64,000 bases of DNA from Nymphaea colorata (lineage: Eukaryota). Location: contig NC_045138.2 in assembly GCF_008831285.2 (NCBI RefSeq), positions 20,026,001-20,090,000 of the forward strand, written 5' to 3'. Of the stretch, positions 12,001 to 25,342 are shown in pieces; position 1 is the stretch's first letter; each line of letters starts with the position of its first letter. Below the pieces are notes generated by a model. It saw only the letters and a list, made by a program, of their open reading frames with translations, was not told the DNA's origin and did not search any database. Made by a program: the position numbers and the translations under genes.

Positions 12001-15000
12001 AGATGCAACCTTTCCTTTCAACAATGTTATCTCTTCCTAAGAGAGGAACAAGAATTAAATAGGCAATTTGACAATTTCCAAGCATCTGTCCAACCGTAAA
12101 CCACTTGATAAACCAATATTTTGAAGTAGAGATGAAAGAAAAAAATGCATGAAGACCTTCAGCAATTTTGGTCAATTTTCCCTGACAACAATAAAGAGAA
12201 TGTGAAACACACACAATTACAAATTCACTGGCACAAGAAATAATTACTGGAAAAAAGTAGCATACCTGCACAGAAGCCCTCTCTTTTAACCAGCCCTCCT
12301 GCAATCAACACAAAGTAATCAGCAAAGGTGAAGAGAAGCAATGACATTTCACCTTCGAAATTCACAACTAAAAAAAATGTCTTATTTGATGCATTTGCCC
12401 AGAGAGATAAAGTGATAACAAATGCACAAGAATGAACATAGAACATGCAAGAATAAAATATACAGCTACAGCTTTTCCACTAAAAAAACCTAGATGTCGT
12501 AAAAGGACTGTATTGATTCATGAATATACTGTTTTTATACTACACCTAAGCCTTAGGAGTACCCTAATTGGCTAATTGTTAATTTTCAAAAACAAAAACA
12601 AGGAAGCGCAAACTTAACCTGATTGTATGTTGACGGATTTATTTTTGTTTGAAGTAACAATGAATCCGATGATTCTGATCCGATCTAGTTGAATCAAAAA
12701 ATAAATAGGCAAAAGGAGAAAAGCAAATCAATAATGAAGGATTAAATGTGCAATCATTATAATGTAAAACATCTCAAAGACAGAAAAGAAAACAACAATT
12801 ACTTTATGTGATGAGGTTTCGAAATGACCATTCGATAATGACATTGAAGAGACAGAAGCCTGTGGACGTGACTGATCACAAGCCTTCGGACCGCGCCCCC
12901 TCCCTGTTACTGAACGTCCTCTGCCTCGAGTACTCCTTTTCCTGCTTCCATCATTTGAACTAATTTGTAAATCCATAGCCTCTAACATCCTCGCCCTCCC
13001 ATCGGTGGCCTTGACAAAAATAGCAAATTTTAGATGTGAGTGCCAAAAATAGTCCTCAGACTTAATGAGAAAGATATAAATTAGCAAAAGAACCTGTGTT
13101 CATTGCATTCATTAATTACCATATTAAGAGTATTTATCATTGTGAACGAGTGATATCGTGAAGACATACCATATTGAAAGTTGTTTTTCTTGTGAATAAC
13201 ATAGAATATGCATCTAGAAAGCTGTACCATCCAATGAAAGTGCACACACACACACACCCAAGTGTAAGGTCAATCCCTGGCTTTGTGAACCAGAACAACT
13301 AGAGGGCATACTTAATGAATCTAAGGAAATAAAGCTACAAATCAAAAAGAACTGTGGTCGCACTTTGAACAAGTTGACCATACCAGATTTTGCCATACTT
13401 TCATTACTAATTAGTCACAAATTGAAAACTTGGTCTAACAAAGATTAAATGCAGCTAGGGCTGCAACAACCAAGCTCAAGCATCGCCTGACAAGTTTGGC
13501 TAGTCTAGATCTGGCTATAGACTGGAGACTTAAATAAGCCAAGGTTAATAAATTAGTCTCAGGCTGAGTCCTGCCTAACAAGTCAGGCTCAGTCTTGCCT
13601 AACAAGTCAGTCAAAAATCGCCTTCGTGCTAGTTTGCCTATTTTGGTACAAGTAAACATAGTTGACATGGCCTGATAAACATAATACAACTAACAGTTAC
13701 ATACCAAAAAAGCTTGAGCCGTTCATAACAAAGAATTAATGACATTTTATGAGTGCTGGTGTATCAGCAATTTTGTAGTGGCCACACGGTACATGCGGTG
13801 GAGGGTGTTACGGCATTCACAACCAGTGTAAGTGAATGAAGACGAAGAAACGAAGAAGTAAGGAAATGAGATAACTCTTTCTTGAACTATTGCATACGAA
13901 TCTTTCCCTCCACACTAATCACAAGTTTTGATCCATTCCTCTCGTATATTGTCATAATGCCTTTAATGATAGGTTTTGAAAAAAGACTTTTCACGTCATT
14001 CCCATTTAGGTCTGGGGACCTTTTTCTATATATGCCACAAGGCTACCAACTAAATCTGCCTCTGTCCCGACTTTAAGGGTTGCTTTCTTTGGCTTTTGTT
14101 TCTGGTGATACATCTGCCTCCTACTATTGGAGGCCATTTCTGCAGCCCCCTGGGGGGAATAGGAAGACAGCGCACGACCTCGACTTTGACCTTTGTCGTG
14201 AATAAAGGTGCCCAACACTGCTTTTGGGTGTCCTCGTCATCCTAGGATCGCCTAAACGGACATGTCAAATTATGCCTTCGGAACGTCGACTCCATCAAAG
14301 CACTCACAACTTTCCATTGCATTAAGGAACTCACAAAGCAAAGCAATATCACGTCATGAGCACTGAAAAGTGAACAGCGAGTGCCAAAGAAAGAAAGTTA
14401 CTAAAATCATCTCATGATATAGAACTGAAAAAACTTTTTTCTCAAAGACAGAAAGATATGTGGCCACAAAAGCCACCAAATACTATCTGCCATATAAATA
14501 GGCAAATGCTCCTTTTCGGAAACAACTTAATGAAATCTCTCGAAGAAAAACTTGCTCGATAAATGATATCAGTTCCTCAACTTACGGAATCTGAATTGCA
14601 CCTGCTTATTTATAATAAGTCAACCCAATCTGGCTTAGAAAGTCTATCGAGCCAGGTCTGGCCATTGTGGTGTAGGCTCCAAACTAACTCAGCCCAAAAT
14701 GAGCCATAGATTGCTGGGTCTGAGCCAGTTGCATACCAGCCATGTTCAGTTTGGTCCAGCCATGTGTGTCCCTAGTTATGGATAGGTGGTGTGACTTGGC
14801 CCAAAAGCCAAAGACCACGTTGTTCCTTGAGAGAACTTCATGTGAAGTAGGAAAAATCCTCTGGAGTCTAGGTGGAGGAGTTCGACCTTTTCTTCCCCCT
14901 TTACTGGAGTGTGAAGCTCCTCCAATTCTAGACCAAGTATTCGAAAACTACTATAAAAGGTACATAAAGCAACCAGCTCATTTAAATAAGAAAGGCACAA

Positions 15001-17801
15001 GAGCATCCACCAGCACAAATTGCACACGAACATAATCCATATGAAAATGCATTTGTCTTAACTCTTAATCTTCATGAGCAAATACACTTATATTTCTTGG
15101 TCTAAATCACTGTCACAAATATCATTCTCAAGTTTCTAAAGGCGAGGTTTTTCCCATGTAATTTTCAGCAAAGTTGTTTTTTCTATGAAAATTTCGGGAA
15201 AATTTTGGGGAAATTAAAAAAAACTAATAACTAGGTAAAGATAAAATAAATGAGCAAGTAATAAGAAGACATTAAAAAAGACTAGATAAAATGATAAAAT
15301 AATGTTTTAATCATTTAAGTTTAAATTTGAATTCATAATGATATCAATGTAAAAAGTAACAAAACCAAAAAAAGGCAAAAAAGGGAGAAAATGTGATAAA
15401 AACGCAATAAATTTATTTTCATGGTTTTAAAAAAAATGTGTTTTTGTTAGGTTTTTTTTCTTGTTTTTCTCATGAATATTGTGATATTTCAAAATATCGC
15501 AATATCAATGACAATGGAGTAAATGCAAGCCCCAAGCATCTCATATTGGTCATGCTTCATAACTAACAATGACATTTCATTCCATTTGCAACTCAATGGC
15601 ATATTCAGTTTTATTTTTTGAAACATAGTTTTGGTTCCCTAACAAATGAACAATGGAAAGTTCATCAATATGGCCAAACTACAAAAAAGGACATCATAGG
15701 TTAAAGGAAAAGATTTGGCTCAGTCCAGACATGCAGCACGTGCATACTTGAAGAATTCATATATATTGGTATGTGTTAATTCACAGTCTTGAACGAAAAA
15801 CGCACTGAAAAAAGGTCAACCAATTAGACATAATAGGAATACTTCCTAACACATTTATTTTTAGTAATTTTGTCGAACATCATGCCATGTTTACTGATGA
15901 TCACTTTTATTTTTCAGGCAGTTAGGCACAGATTCTTACTGTAATTTTGATTCTTGTGTAAATGCTCTAAAACAATCATACATATATGCACATACATATA
16001 AAATATATACACAGTTACATACATATACACATGTACATCTATATATATGTATATTCTTCTCTTTGCTTGCTTGCTTTCACATCCAGTAGACTAAAAATAG
16101 ATAATTGACTAAGAAAAACCAAGGTCACAAATAGCTCCTAACAACTAAAAGAAGTTGAATATAGAAACACGCAATACAAACAAAGCAACAACTGTATTTA
16201 GCCATTAGAAGGTGGAATGAGGCATCACAAGATACCTTGAGTTATTAGTAGGCTTACTTTAATTGATAAGAAAATCTTGAACTTATGAGGAATGTTGATA
16301 ACTGGAATGAGATGTTGCAGTAAATAGGATGAAGAATAAATTACATTAAAGTAAGTAGTTTTAATGACAAAGCAATCACAAGAATTCACGATTGCAAGTG
16401 GTTAGCTATGATCATAGATTACGTCTTTCCAACTTGAGTTGCCTTAGAGGCAAGGGATGTGTTTGCATCATCTGCCATCCTTGAATGAAGCATTTTCTAT
16501 AGTAGCACCATGAGCACATACCAGTCACCAACCCCTTTCTAGCATAATTACACCAATTAGTGAAACAATGTGGTCAAATGGTGTTGAATACATGTCAGGA
16601 ATCCTAACGTGGTTGATGTAGATAATTTTGGGACCTATGTTGGAATCCTAGTGAAGATAACATGGATTCTTTGTGCTGTCGTTAACTTATGGAAGAGAAG
16701 ACAGACAGTTCTTTGACCCAGTCAATAACATACATACATGGCACGTATACTTATGTATGTTTCACACAAAAAGTTTAGTTACTGTTGAAAATGCATTCAG
16801 CATGGTCCAGAATTCCAGATGTTGATATGTTATCAATCAAAAAAAGTGAAAGCACGGAGATGAAGGAAGATGAGGAACCACAAATAGATGACTGCGTTTA
16901 ACACTAACAACCCCAGCAATCAGTAAATAAAATATAGTTCGTCGAGAAGAAAGTAAGGAACCAAGAAAATAACCAATGAGCAACCATCCCTACACATGAA
17001 AACATGCAATCTGAGCATCTTAATTTACCTCTGCTTGTTGAACGCCAGTTACTTGCTCCTCCTCTTGGAATCTTGGCCTCTTATTTATATTTGGTTGTAT
17101 CAAAAAATCCTCAACGATCTGAAAAGGTCAAAATAAAGCCACCCCCTCGTTACAGACTGCCTTCAATAAGACATTATAACTCCATGACTGTTAGCAAATA
17201 TACCATGCATATGTCTAGCAACATTCGGAACCAATAAACTATAAAAGAAACGGAAATATATATACTACGTTATGATTTGCCATGTCAGAAGTGAAAAAAA
17301 CTACAACCAACTCAATCCCATCCGATTCGTTTGTCAGAATATAACAATCATGCAAACTAAAGTAATGTCAAGTGGGCGACATCAGGAACCAGCATTAGTG
17401 ATCTGATCGTGCTTCACCCAACGCAATTGACAAACCAAACAACCTAATATTACATAAGAAACATGGCATTTAACATAGACAATTCAACAATAGACAGATA
17501 AGAACATCAGCAATATTGCTCGTGGAACTTCATAGGAAAGCAGAGACTATAAATGGCAAAGCAATAGATGGAAGGAACGAACAACAGATACATCGTCATC
17601 CGAGTCGCTCGACGGAGAAGTCTCTGGGGCATCATCGGCACCTTCGGCTTTCGGAGCGGAGGAAACTGAGGGCCATGACGTCTGCACCGAGCTCGCGGCC
17701 TTTCCAGCCATCCTGGCCTCAAGCTTAGCAAGCTTGGAGGTCAGGGAGGGATCCGACTGGTTCGAATTCGAAGAGAGGTGCATCAAGACCTCCTCAGACA
17801 T
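3224..17801 (-). CDS. TSL: Serine/threonine protein kinase TOUSLED; 17 coding exons: 17801-17592, 17118-17029, 13009-12803, 12684-12619, 12298-12266, 12036-11929, 11544-11500, 10904-10792, 9969-9903, 8358-8292, 7733-7636, 7429-7250, 6989-6779, 5761-5497, 4793-4739, 4520-4359, 3319-3224 (~690 aa)
   Basis: N-terminus MSEEVLMHLSSNSNQSDPSLTSKLAKLEARMAGK; coiled-coil region (RQDSLRLGNVGVIRAGTIISETWEDG); kinase motifs LGKGGFSEVYK, VACKLH, HYDLKPGN, VTDFG, GTYWYLPPE, DVWSAG; ends DPYLSYAKK*. All introns GT-AG and exon phases sum to 2073 nt. The small exons 4 and 5 are the least certain. Confidence 0.96.
3647..4136. mobile_element. Non-autonomous hAT-like element in the last TOUSLED intron (family A, copy 1)
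   Basis: TIRs catggccacaaatat / atatttgtggctatg; flanks atattggt / atgttggc (6/8); A-rich then T-rich interior shared with copies at 9252 and 15108; internal ~29-bp tandem duplication near 4001-4058. Confidence 0.75.
6961..7110. repeat. 80-bp-period tandem duplication spanning the acceptor of TOUSLED exon 13
   Basis: acatatctatactccagcaagtcataagcctgcaccaaagttttgcacttcaaatcactgaaagaaa (6961-7027) recurs with few substitutions at 7041-7107. Confidence 0.95.
9252..9664. mobile_element. Non-autonomous hAT-like element, family A copy 2 (TOUSLED intron)
   Basis: Termini catttccacaaatat / atatctgtgacaatg; interior matches copy 1 (aaaattaggtaaaaataaaataaatgagaaactaata); flanks atccagac / attccaga resemble a degraded TSD. 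Confidence 0.7.
13806..14217. mobile_element. Possible degenerate LTR-like segment in TOUSLED intron 2
   Basis: Starts TGTTA right after a purine run (ggtggaggg), ends CAACA, has an internal TATA-like motif; no matching TSD found. Confidence 0.3.
15108..15516. mobile_element. Non-autonomous hAT-like element, family A copy 3 (TOUSLED intron 2)
   Basis: Termini cactgtcacaaatatc / aatatcaatgacaatg; flanks gtctaaat / gagtaaat (6/8); interior homologous to copies 1 and 2. Confidence 0.75.
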
Positions 17802-18685
17802 GCTGATTCACCACGCCTCGACAAAACCTCCCCAAATCAAAAGGAGAACGAATGAAGGAAGAAGACCAATTCACGAAGAAGGAAGAAAGAGGAGAGAGCG
17901 ATAAAACCAATAGAGGGAAGAACCGTAACCCTATGCGGAATCAGCCATTAGGAGAGACTAGACCCAATGTTTACTCGGATAATCCACCGGAAACGAAGGT
18001 TTCTGACCAATAAATGGTTGCATGATACCATGTTATGCTATTGAAGAAGCAACCGATTTCGGAAAGCAGTGCCTTTGTGGAAAACAAAATAACTGCATAA
18101 GAAGAACCGATCGGGCATTGAGACCATTGCTCTTAGGGTGGGAGGAACGATATTCCCCACCACGATTCCGGCGAATTAGGGTTCCGGAGGAGATGACGGG
18201 CAAGATGAAATGATAATGACGGCTGTTTCCGGCGAGAATGAGCCAGACCTTGAGCTTGGGATCTCCGGCTACGGCGATTCCAGGGGAGTCAATATTCCCG
18301 GGAAGGAAGTAAGACTCCAGTAAATGCACTGCTGAGTGAATGGATCGATACTGATCCACATTGAATCCGGATTCATTTATTTCCAAGGTTCGCCCTCCTC
18401 TTCCCAAACGCATCCCTCCTTAACATTGCTGTGAATTGCAAATATTTGAATCCCCATTGTATCGCCCGATACGTATAGTTGACTTATTTAGTTTTTTATT
18501 TATAAAATAATCAGAAGAAAAAAAATAAATATGAGTTAAAATAAGGAACCTGAAAATATTATAAAAAATACAAAAAAAAAACATATGCCACTTTTATAAT
18601 AGACCAATTCAAGCCTAACTGTTTATAATGTATAGACAACTTGAATTCAAATCTGATTGAATACTTATTTAGCATTAAATCTTAA

Positions 18686-18927
18686 GGCCCAGTTTGATGC
18701 ATAAGATACTATGCAACATGGATTTTTTTCCAAGTTTGTATGGTTTTTCCCTCATCATCAAACACAGGGAGTTTAACCATGTTTTTTTCATTTAATTAAA
18801 AAAAAAAAAAAACTTCCCATGCAAAAAAGTCGACCTTTTTAGGTTCAGTTTTTTTCACGACAAATTCTTCATTCAGTAAGTTGATAATTTTACCATGCAA
18901 AAAACTTTGTATGCATCAAACGGAGCC
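18686..18927. mobile_element. Tourist (PIF/Harbinger) MITE in the divergent TOUSLED/EEF1AKMT1 intergenic region
   Basis: TIR GGCCCAGTTTGATGCATA vs reverse complement GGCTCCGTTTGATGCATA (16/18); TAA on both flanks; 242 bp. Confidence 0.85.
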
Positions 18928-20995
18928 TAAAGGACGTCATTTTTTATCTTTAAGTATAACCCGCTTTCTTCATCAGATGTTAAATTAATTTTCTCCATAT
19001 CCGACTTACTAAAACAATTCAGTCATGTATTTGATTCAAATCCAAATTATTGCAATACCTATGTCAAATACAATGTTCTATTACATATGAACCACGGACT
19101 TCCCTATGAACATTTGCTTCACACGGTATGTGATATTATTTAATTGCTTAATTAGATAGTAAACCACTGAATAACGAAGGTGTGTGTGCGGCAAACCATC
19201 TTTATGGTATTTAAAAAATACTTGCATGACATTTTATATTCTAACAGTGGTATCTTTTCCGTTTTTTCTTTTAGGATATCTATGTCATATTACTCAAAAG
19301 TCAATATGTAACTTTATTTGACAATAATTTTAGGGATTAATTAATAAAGTACACATGCTTACAACCATAGTATAATATTAGAACTATTAGCTTAAGTTAA
19401 TAACCTCAAATCATTCACAAAACATTTTACTCTGTAGCATTAAATAGAAAGGCATTGTAAGTTTCAAAATGTAAACAAATTAAAGCTTGCTTGTACATCT
19501 TTATCTTTTTGGGTTGTATCTTTCCCTATGGTGTCTTTTTGGGTTGTATCTTTCTCATTTAAATCATAATGACACTTGCATGTCATTATGTTTTTTCGTT
19601 CATACCATCAAAGGTTTTTAAAGCATTTGCTTGTTGTATGGGAATTATACAACACAAACATGTATTTGAAAGTATGTGACGGATATTATGAAAAATAAAG
19701 TTTTGTTCTTGTGACTTGACTTTTAAAAGTATATGCGAACAAGGCATTAACTCGATTTATTCAATTGAGTTAATGATTATTGGTTTGGTAAACATTACAA
19801 TGACATTTTTCTCTTGTGAAGTTTGCAAGTGATAATTGAAACTCAATATATGACTCATGTTATTTGAATGTAAATCGTCACTATTGTAGTGTATATGTAC
19901 ATACATATATATAGGTGGAGAGAGAGAATATTTACTTAGAATAATAATATGCCAAATTCCTGCCCATGGTTATGTTATATATGACAAACTAATACCGTTA
20001 AAGAATGTTACTGGTCCATACATATTTTTTTCTTTGTCATTGTTTAAAAAAAATATTACGTTAATATTGATTTTTGTGTCTTGTTTTATTTTCTCGTATT
20101 AAATTGATTACGGATTATTCATGTTAGTTTTAATTTTGCTACTACATACAATTAAATATGTTATATTGGTTATGTTTGTGGGTGTCTTTACAGTTATTTA
20201 TGTTGTTTGATGCTTGTATGATGACAATAGATATTTTGTCATGGCAGTTTATTTTTCATCAATGAAATGCATTCAAAAAAAGGTGTTGTGGTTGAATGGA
20301 GGTGTAAAAGAAAGTAAATTCAATTATTTTCTTTATAAATATGTTATTCATGAAACTTATGTTGCATTATAATCTCTCTCTCTCTCTCTCTCTACAAAAA
20401 GAGATTTGGAAACAATGGGGTCTCCACTATGAAAGTGGACAAGAGCCATTAGGTTTTCCAACCAATCGTAAGATGTCAATAAAGGGTGATGATACTCAAT
20501 ATTGCTCCCACTACCCATTGTTTCCAATATCGACATTAAAATCATGTTTTATGTTAATTTTTGTTAAGGATGTCTCATTTATTTTAATTAATTTAGCTTG
20601 TTTAGTTGCTACTTACTTAATTATTCTCTCATTATAATTCAACATTCATGATGTTGAATTATTACAACTCAACTCAGTTTAAACTAGTCGAGTTATTACA
20701 ACTCAAACTTAGCTCATTTAATATTTCAAACATATATTTGAAATCGAGTAGAGTTTTGACCAGCAAGTTCGAGTCAAGCTCGAACCAGTTGGGTGCCCCT
20801 ATCTATAATTTATTTTTTATTTATATATGTGAGTGGTTGTTTTAATTTATGAAATATCAGGTCGTTACCTGTAAATACGTCTAAAATGATAGTCCTTTTC
20901 AAGTGTTTTTAAGGTATTTTCGCCCTAAACGTCAAGTTTTCCGCGTCTGCGGTAGCGGGAAGCGGGGGGAGAGAGAGAGAAACGACCAGAGAGCT

Positions 20996-23900
20996 ATGGC
21001 GAAGGCGGGAAACGGGAGAATGGGGTGCGAGGAGGAGGACGATGATCGGCCCTCATTGAGCCTCCACACACTCGAAGCACTCAAGGAGTTCCTAGCTGAA
21101 CAAGGTGAGCAACAGAGGAAAATGACAAGTCATCATCATGTTTCCTCCTTTAAAGGAGAAGACGACGACAGTCTTGCTGAACCCTCCCTGCTATCCGAGG
21201 ATTGGAGACTGAGCCAGTTCTGGTACGAGAAGGAAACCGCTGAGACCGTGGCCGAAGAACTCATCCGCTTGAGCAAGGAGGCTCTCTCGCCTATTGCTTG
21301 CATCGCCTGTCCCACCCTCTACGCGTACCTCAAGGTTCTTATCCTTCTGTTTTCCACCTTTCATGCTTCATTCTCAATTCCTTGATATTGGGTTTCTCTT
21401 AGATCGTAGTTTGTGCCTACTGTCTTGTTTGGTACCGCTGTGCTGTGAAATCACGGGCGCTTTTGAAGCCCGAATTAATCTGGTTGATGTTGGTGCTATT
21501 TTACAGGCTTTGTGTTTTAGAATCTGTCTGAAATCTGGTTTAGAAAGTACGCCGAAACAGTTCCCGTGTGAAGTCAATATAGGTTCTTGAGTTAGACTAG
21601 CATTACTGCTATATTTAAGGACAAAGAAAGAAGGATCATGGCTATGGCAAAGTTGCTGTATTCGCATAATTGAGCTCTTAATTCTTGTTTGTGGATTACG
21701 TTTTCTTTTTGCAAGATTCGAAGCCAGTAATAATTTATTGGGCTAGTAAGAAGAGCCATTTTCTATTTGCTTTTAATAAACGTGTAGGTAGTATAGTGGA
21801 TGCTGTATTCATGTTGTATGAGGTGTTACAGTTATATCGGTTCAAACATAGAGCTTTTTGGAACCTAACACTACACATGGTATAAATATGTATGCTCTTA
21901 ATCGTTTCAGATTCTTATACTTCCACGTCTCCCTCTTATAGTTAACAGTACAGTTTATTAGACAATTTTGCTGCGAGACATGTGCATCTTTTTATGGTGC
22001 CTGTTGCTCCGTCATGCAAAAAAGTTTCGGATATGTCGTCCCTAGCATTGTAATCCTGATCGTAAAATTAATGCAATTACATTTTTTGGCCAATGCAACA
22101 TCAGATCACTGTTCTTGTTTCTTGTTCTGTTGATCTTTTCGTACATCTGTTACTTAGCCAACCATTTATCTTCTAAAAGAAAAATCGTGCATGTAGCAGT
22201 TCTACCATGTCCTAATGCCTTTATCTTAAATTTGATAGCATTCTGCTGTTCACTATTTTTGTTGTTGTAGGTTTTAAGTACTTAAAGATTTGAACCATTC
22301 AGATCAGGGTTTTGTTTTTTATCAAACCTTTGGGGGGTATTGATCTTCCCCAGTATTGCTAACTTTCAGAATCAGTGATACAGATAACTGAAACACTGTT
22401 TTAGCTTTAGTTTTGCAATATTGAGATATTTTTGAAGATGGATTCTGCTTCCTGCTTCCTTTTTTGATATCATGGTGCTGCATGTAGACCACTCTGTCGT
22501 TTGTATTCACAATATATGGTGGACATCAAGCAATCAAGTTCAAGGCCTGCAAGGGCTCGCTAAGCCCAATGGCTATTCAAGGGGCCTAATTTGAGAGTGT
22601 GATGCAGCTGTGATCGCACTGGGGCTTCGCTGAAGAGTCAAGACTCCTGCACTTGGTTACTGTGATCTTGTTTAAGCCAAATCAGCAGGTTTAACTTGGC
22701 CCAGTGGCTGGGTATCTGTATAGCAAGAAACCCAATTCATGGTCTGTAAGGGCTTCCTGAGCCCAAAGAATGTTAACCCTATTGAGAATGTGATGCAGCT
22801 GTGATCGCATTAAGGATGGAAAGAGAGTAGTCCTTTGATGTTTCATATGCTTATTTTTATATTTCAAATTATATATTCAAGTTTTGGACCATAGGAGGGG
22901 CAACAAGCCCAACTTGGGTTGTAGCTTGTCAATGCTGACCTAACTCATTGCAAGATGGTATGCCTACCTTGTTCATCTACCCTATCTGTAGCTGCAGTTT
23001 CCAGAGTATGTAATTGTCCTTGACAATTTTCAATATATTAGTTACTAGATGGTGACTTGATGGTATTCCCTTCTATCTAAGGTTACCTTTTGTTGATAAA
23101 TGTGTTTCCTTTCAAATTGTTTTCTTTTTCTTGATGAATGATGTTTTCCAGCATGTTTTTGTTTTTCATTTTTCATCATTTAGTTGGAAAAGGTCTGTTG
23201 TTATTTTCTCCATATTTTTTCATCTCTAATGGTTATTATCCAAATTTCAGAAAATGGATCCAAGTGTCAGGGTCCAGCTGCTTGAGTATGACAAACGATT
23301 TGAACAGTATGGAAGTGACTTCACATTTTATGACTACAATCAGCCAGAAGATTTGCCAGTGGCACTAAAACATGCCTTCTCAATAATTGTTGCAGATCCT
23401 CCTTATCTCGTAAGGCACCTTGAGTCCCCGCCAACCACTTTTTTTTTCATCTTCAATTTACACTGAACAGTTGAGATAAAAGATATATGTGAATTATCTG
23501 TGCTGTAGTGAAAGTTTATGAAAATACAATTGAGTGCAATGACCAATCTGTTGGTTCCAGACATTCATTTTCTAATTAAATATTAATTAAATTATTAAAA
23601 AATAGAAGCTTGTGGCAATTCCATGTATCTTTATTGGCCTTTTCACTTTCTTCGTTCTAATTGAAAATCCTGTCAAAAACTACTTCAGAAACTTTTGCTG
23701 TTCTACTAGTGTTCCTAGGCATCTAATACCTACTCTTTGCATTTTAAGATTTTGTTTGTTCATGAGCATGCTATAATGTGGCAAGCAGGCCCTTGATTTT
23801 TCATGTTTTATGAATACCGTTTTCATATTTCGTAATGATTTACTGATTTATTTTTATTCCTTCTATGTTAACAGAGTAAAGAATGCTTGGAGAAAGTTGC

Positions 23901-25342
23901 ACAGACACTGAATTTTCTGGCAGAACCAGTCGGCTCTTATGCTCTTTTGCTTACAGGTAAATACCAGATACTAGAGAAGCCATCCATCCCTAAGGACAAG
24001 CATCATACACGCCAAACACATAAAAAAAGAAAAAAGTATCTCTTGATCTCTTCATCATTCAAATATAGCGAATGCATTAGAATACAACAAATATAGTGAA
24101 TGCATTAGAATACAACAAATTCCTAAATACCTTAGAAATTGCGCACCATCGATCTGTTTCACAGATTACCTCTTTGGTTAACAAGAAACCAAATGGTTCA
24201 AAAAAATAATTTAAACTGCTGGGTGTAAATTATTTCAAAATAATCTATTGTTAAAGAAATCTATGTTGCTTTGACAGCAGAAAATGTCTCCAATCTCGTC
24301 ATTGAAATATAAAAGCATCTCATAATTGCAAGATATATACACCATAAGTCCATAACCTATTAGAAAATATTAAAAACACAAGCGTATAACTTGTGCAACT
24401 CTGCATAAATCGTAGATGTATCCTAACTTTTTGTGTAGCATGAACTAATTTCCTTCCTATTGCATGACGAGGTAGAGGAAATGACGGTGTACGAAGAAAA
24501 ATTTGGCCTAGTTTTGAACTCGTAGCAGCTGGACTATTCTTTACCATGTCCCACTCAGAAAGCAGTGAGAACAATTTTGACTGCTGCCGTATGGTTCTTA
24601 GCAGGAATTCGACAAAGACAGAGAGAGAGAGACCTTGGGAAAATTTTTGGGAAAGTCCATGGTTGCGTTTATTTGACACATTTGCTAGTTTTACGAAAAC
24701 CAAGTTTTGTGACAAGATGGTTTTGTAATCAATTTCTGAGACTTGGTTTCTATTTTTAGGTGACAAGATCAAAATGATGTCTTATCTGAAAAGCCTGGGG
24801 GCCAGGTCATTCAATCTCTTTTGAAAACGTTACTTTGTCAAACCTAGATTTTTCATGAACCCAGTGTTGACAGTTAAACACACCTTAAACGTTTAGTGTA
24901 TACAAGAAAGCACATGCTGTATCCTTTATTTGCACGTGGATTGCTAAGGTCCGAGACTTGGACAAAATTCTTGCAACCATATGCAAGTTCACGAAGATTA
25001 TTAATATTTCTTGTGCATTTTTCATCTATAGCACCTGATAATGAAGATGGAGCATGCTAATATTTACTCTTACAGCTTATTTTGTTTCTTTGTTTATAGT
25101 CAAACAATGTCTCTTGGGAAAAAAATTTTAGTTCCTGTTTTTGGTTTGTGGCTGATTTGAAAACATGATCATTTGCAGGTGAAGTACAGAGAGAGAGAGC
25201 AGAGGAGCTGCTGAACATGTACCCATGCGGATTTAGGCCCAAGCACTCCAGCAAACTGGGAAATGACTTCATGTTGTTTACCAATTATGATCCTGTCGAT
25301 AGGTTGGGTGGTTGGTTGAAAACCAGTTACAGCCAGCTTTGA
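20996..25342 (+). CDS. EEF1AKMT1: EEF1A lysine methyltransferase 1 (N6AMT2/Efm5 family); exons 20996-21334, 23251-23409, 23875-23956, 25179-25342 (~247 aa)
   Basis: Family motifs [76 protein letters not shown] introns in consistent phase. Confidence 0.93.
24662..24886. mobile_element. Degenerate Tourist-like MITE in EEF1AKMT1 intron 3
   Basis: Imperfect termini ggttgcgtttatttgacaca / tgttgacagttaaacacacc with a nearby TTA/TAA. Confidence 0.4.

Noticed and set aside
18033..18413. 126-aa minus-strand ORF upstream of TOUSLED as an independent gene
   Set aside because: No recognisable motifs; it spans GC-rich promoter/leader sequence where long chance ORFs are common.
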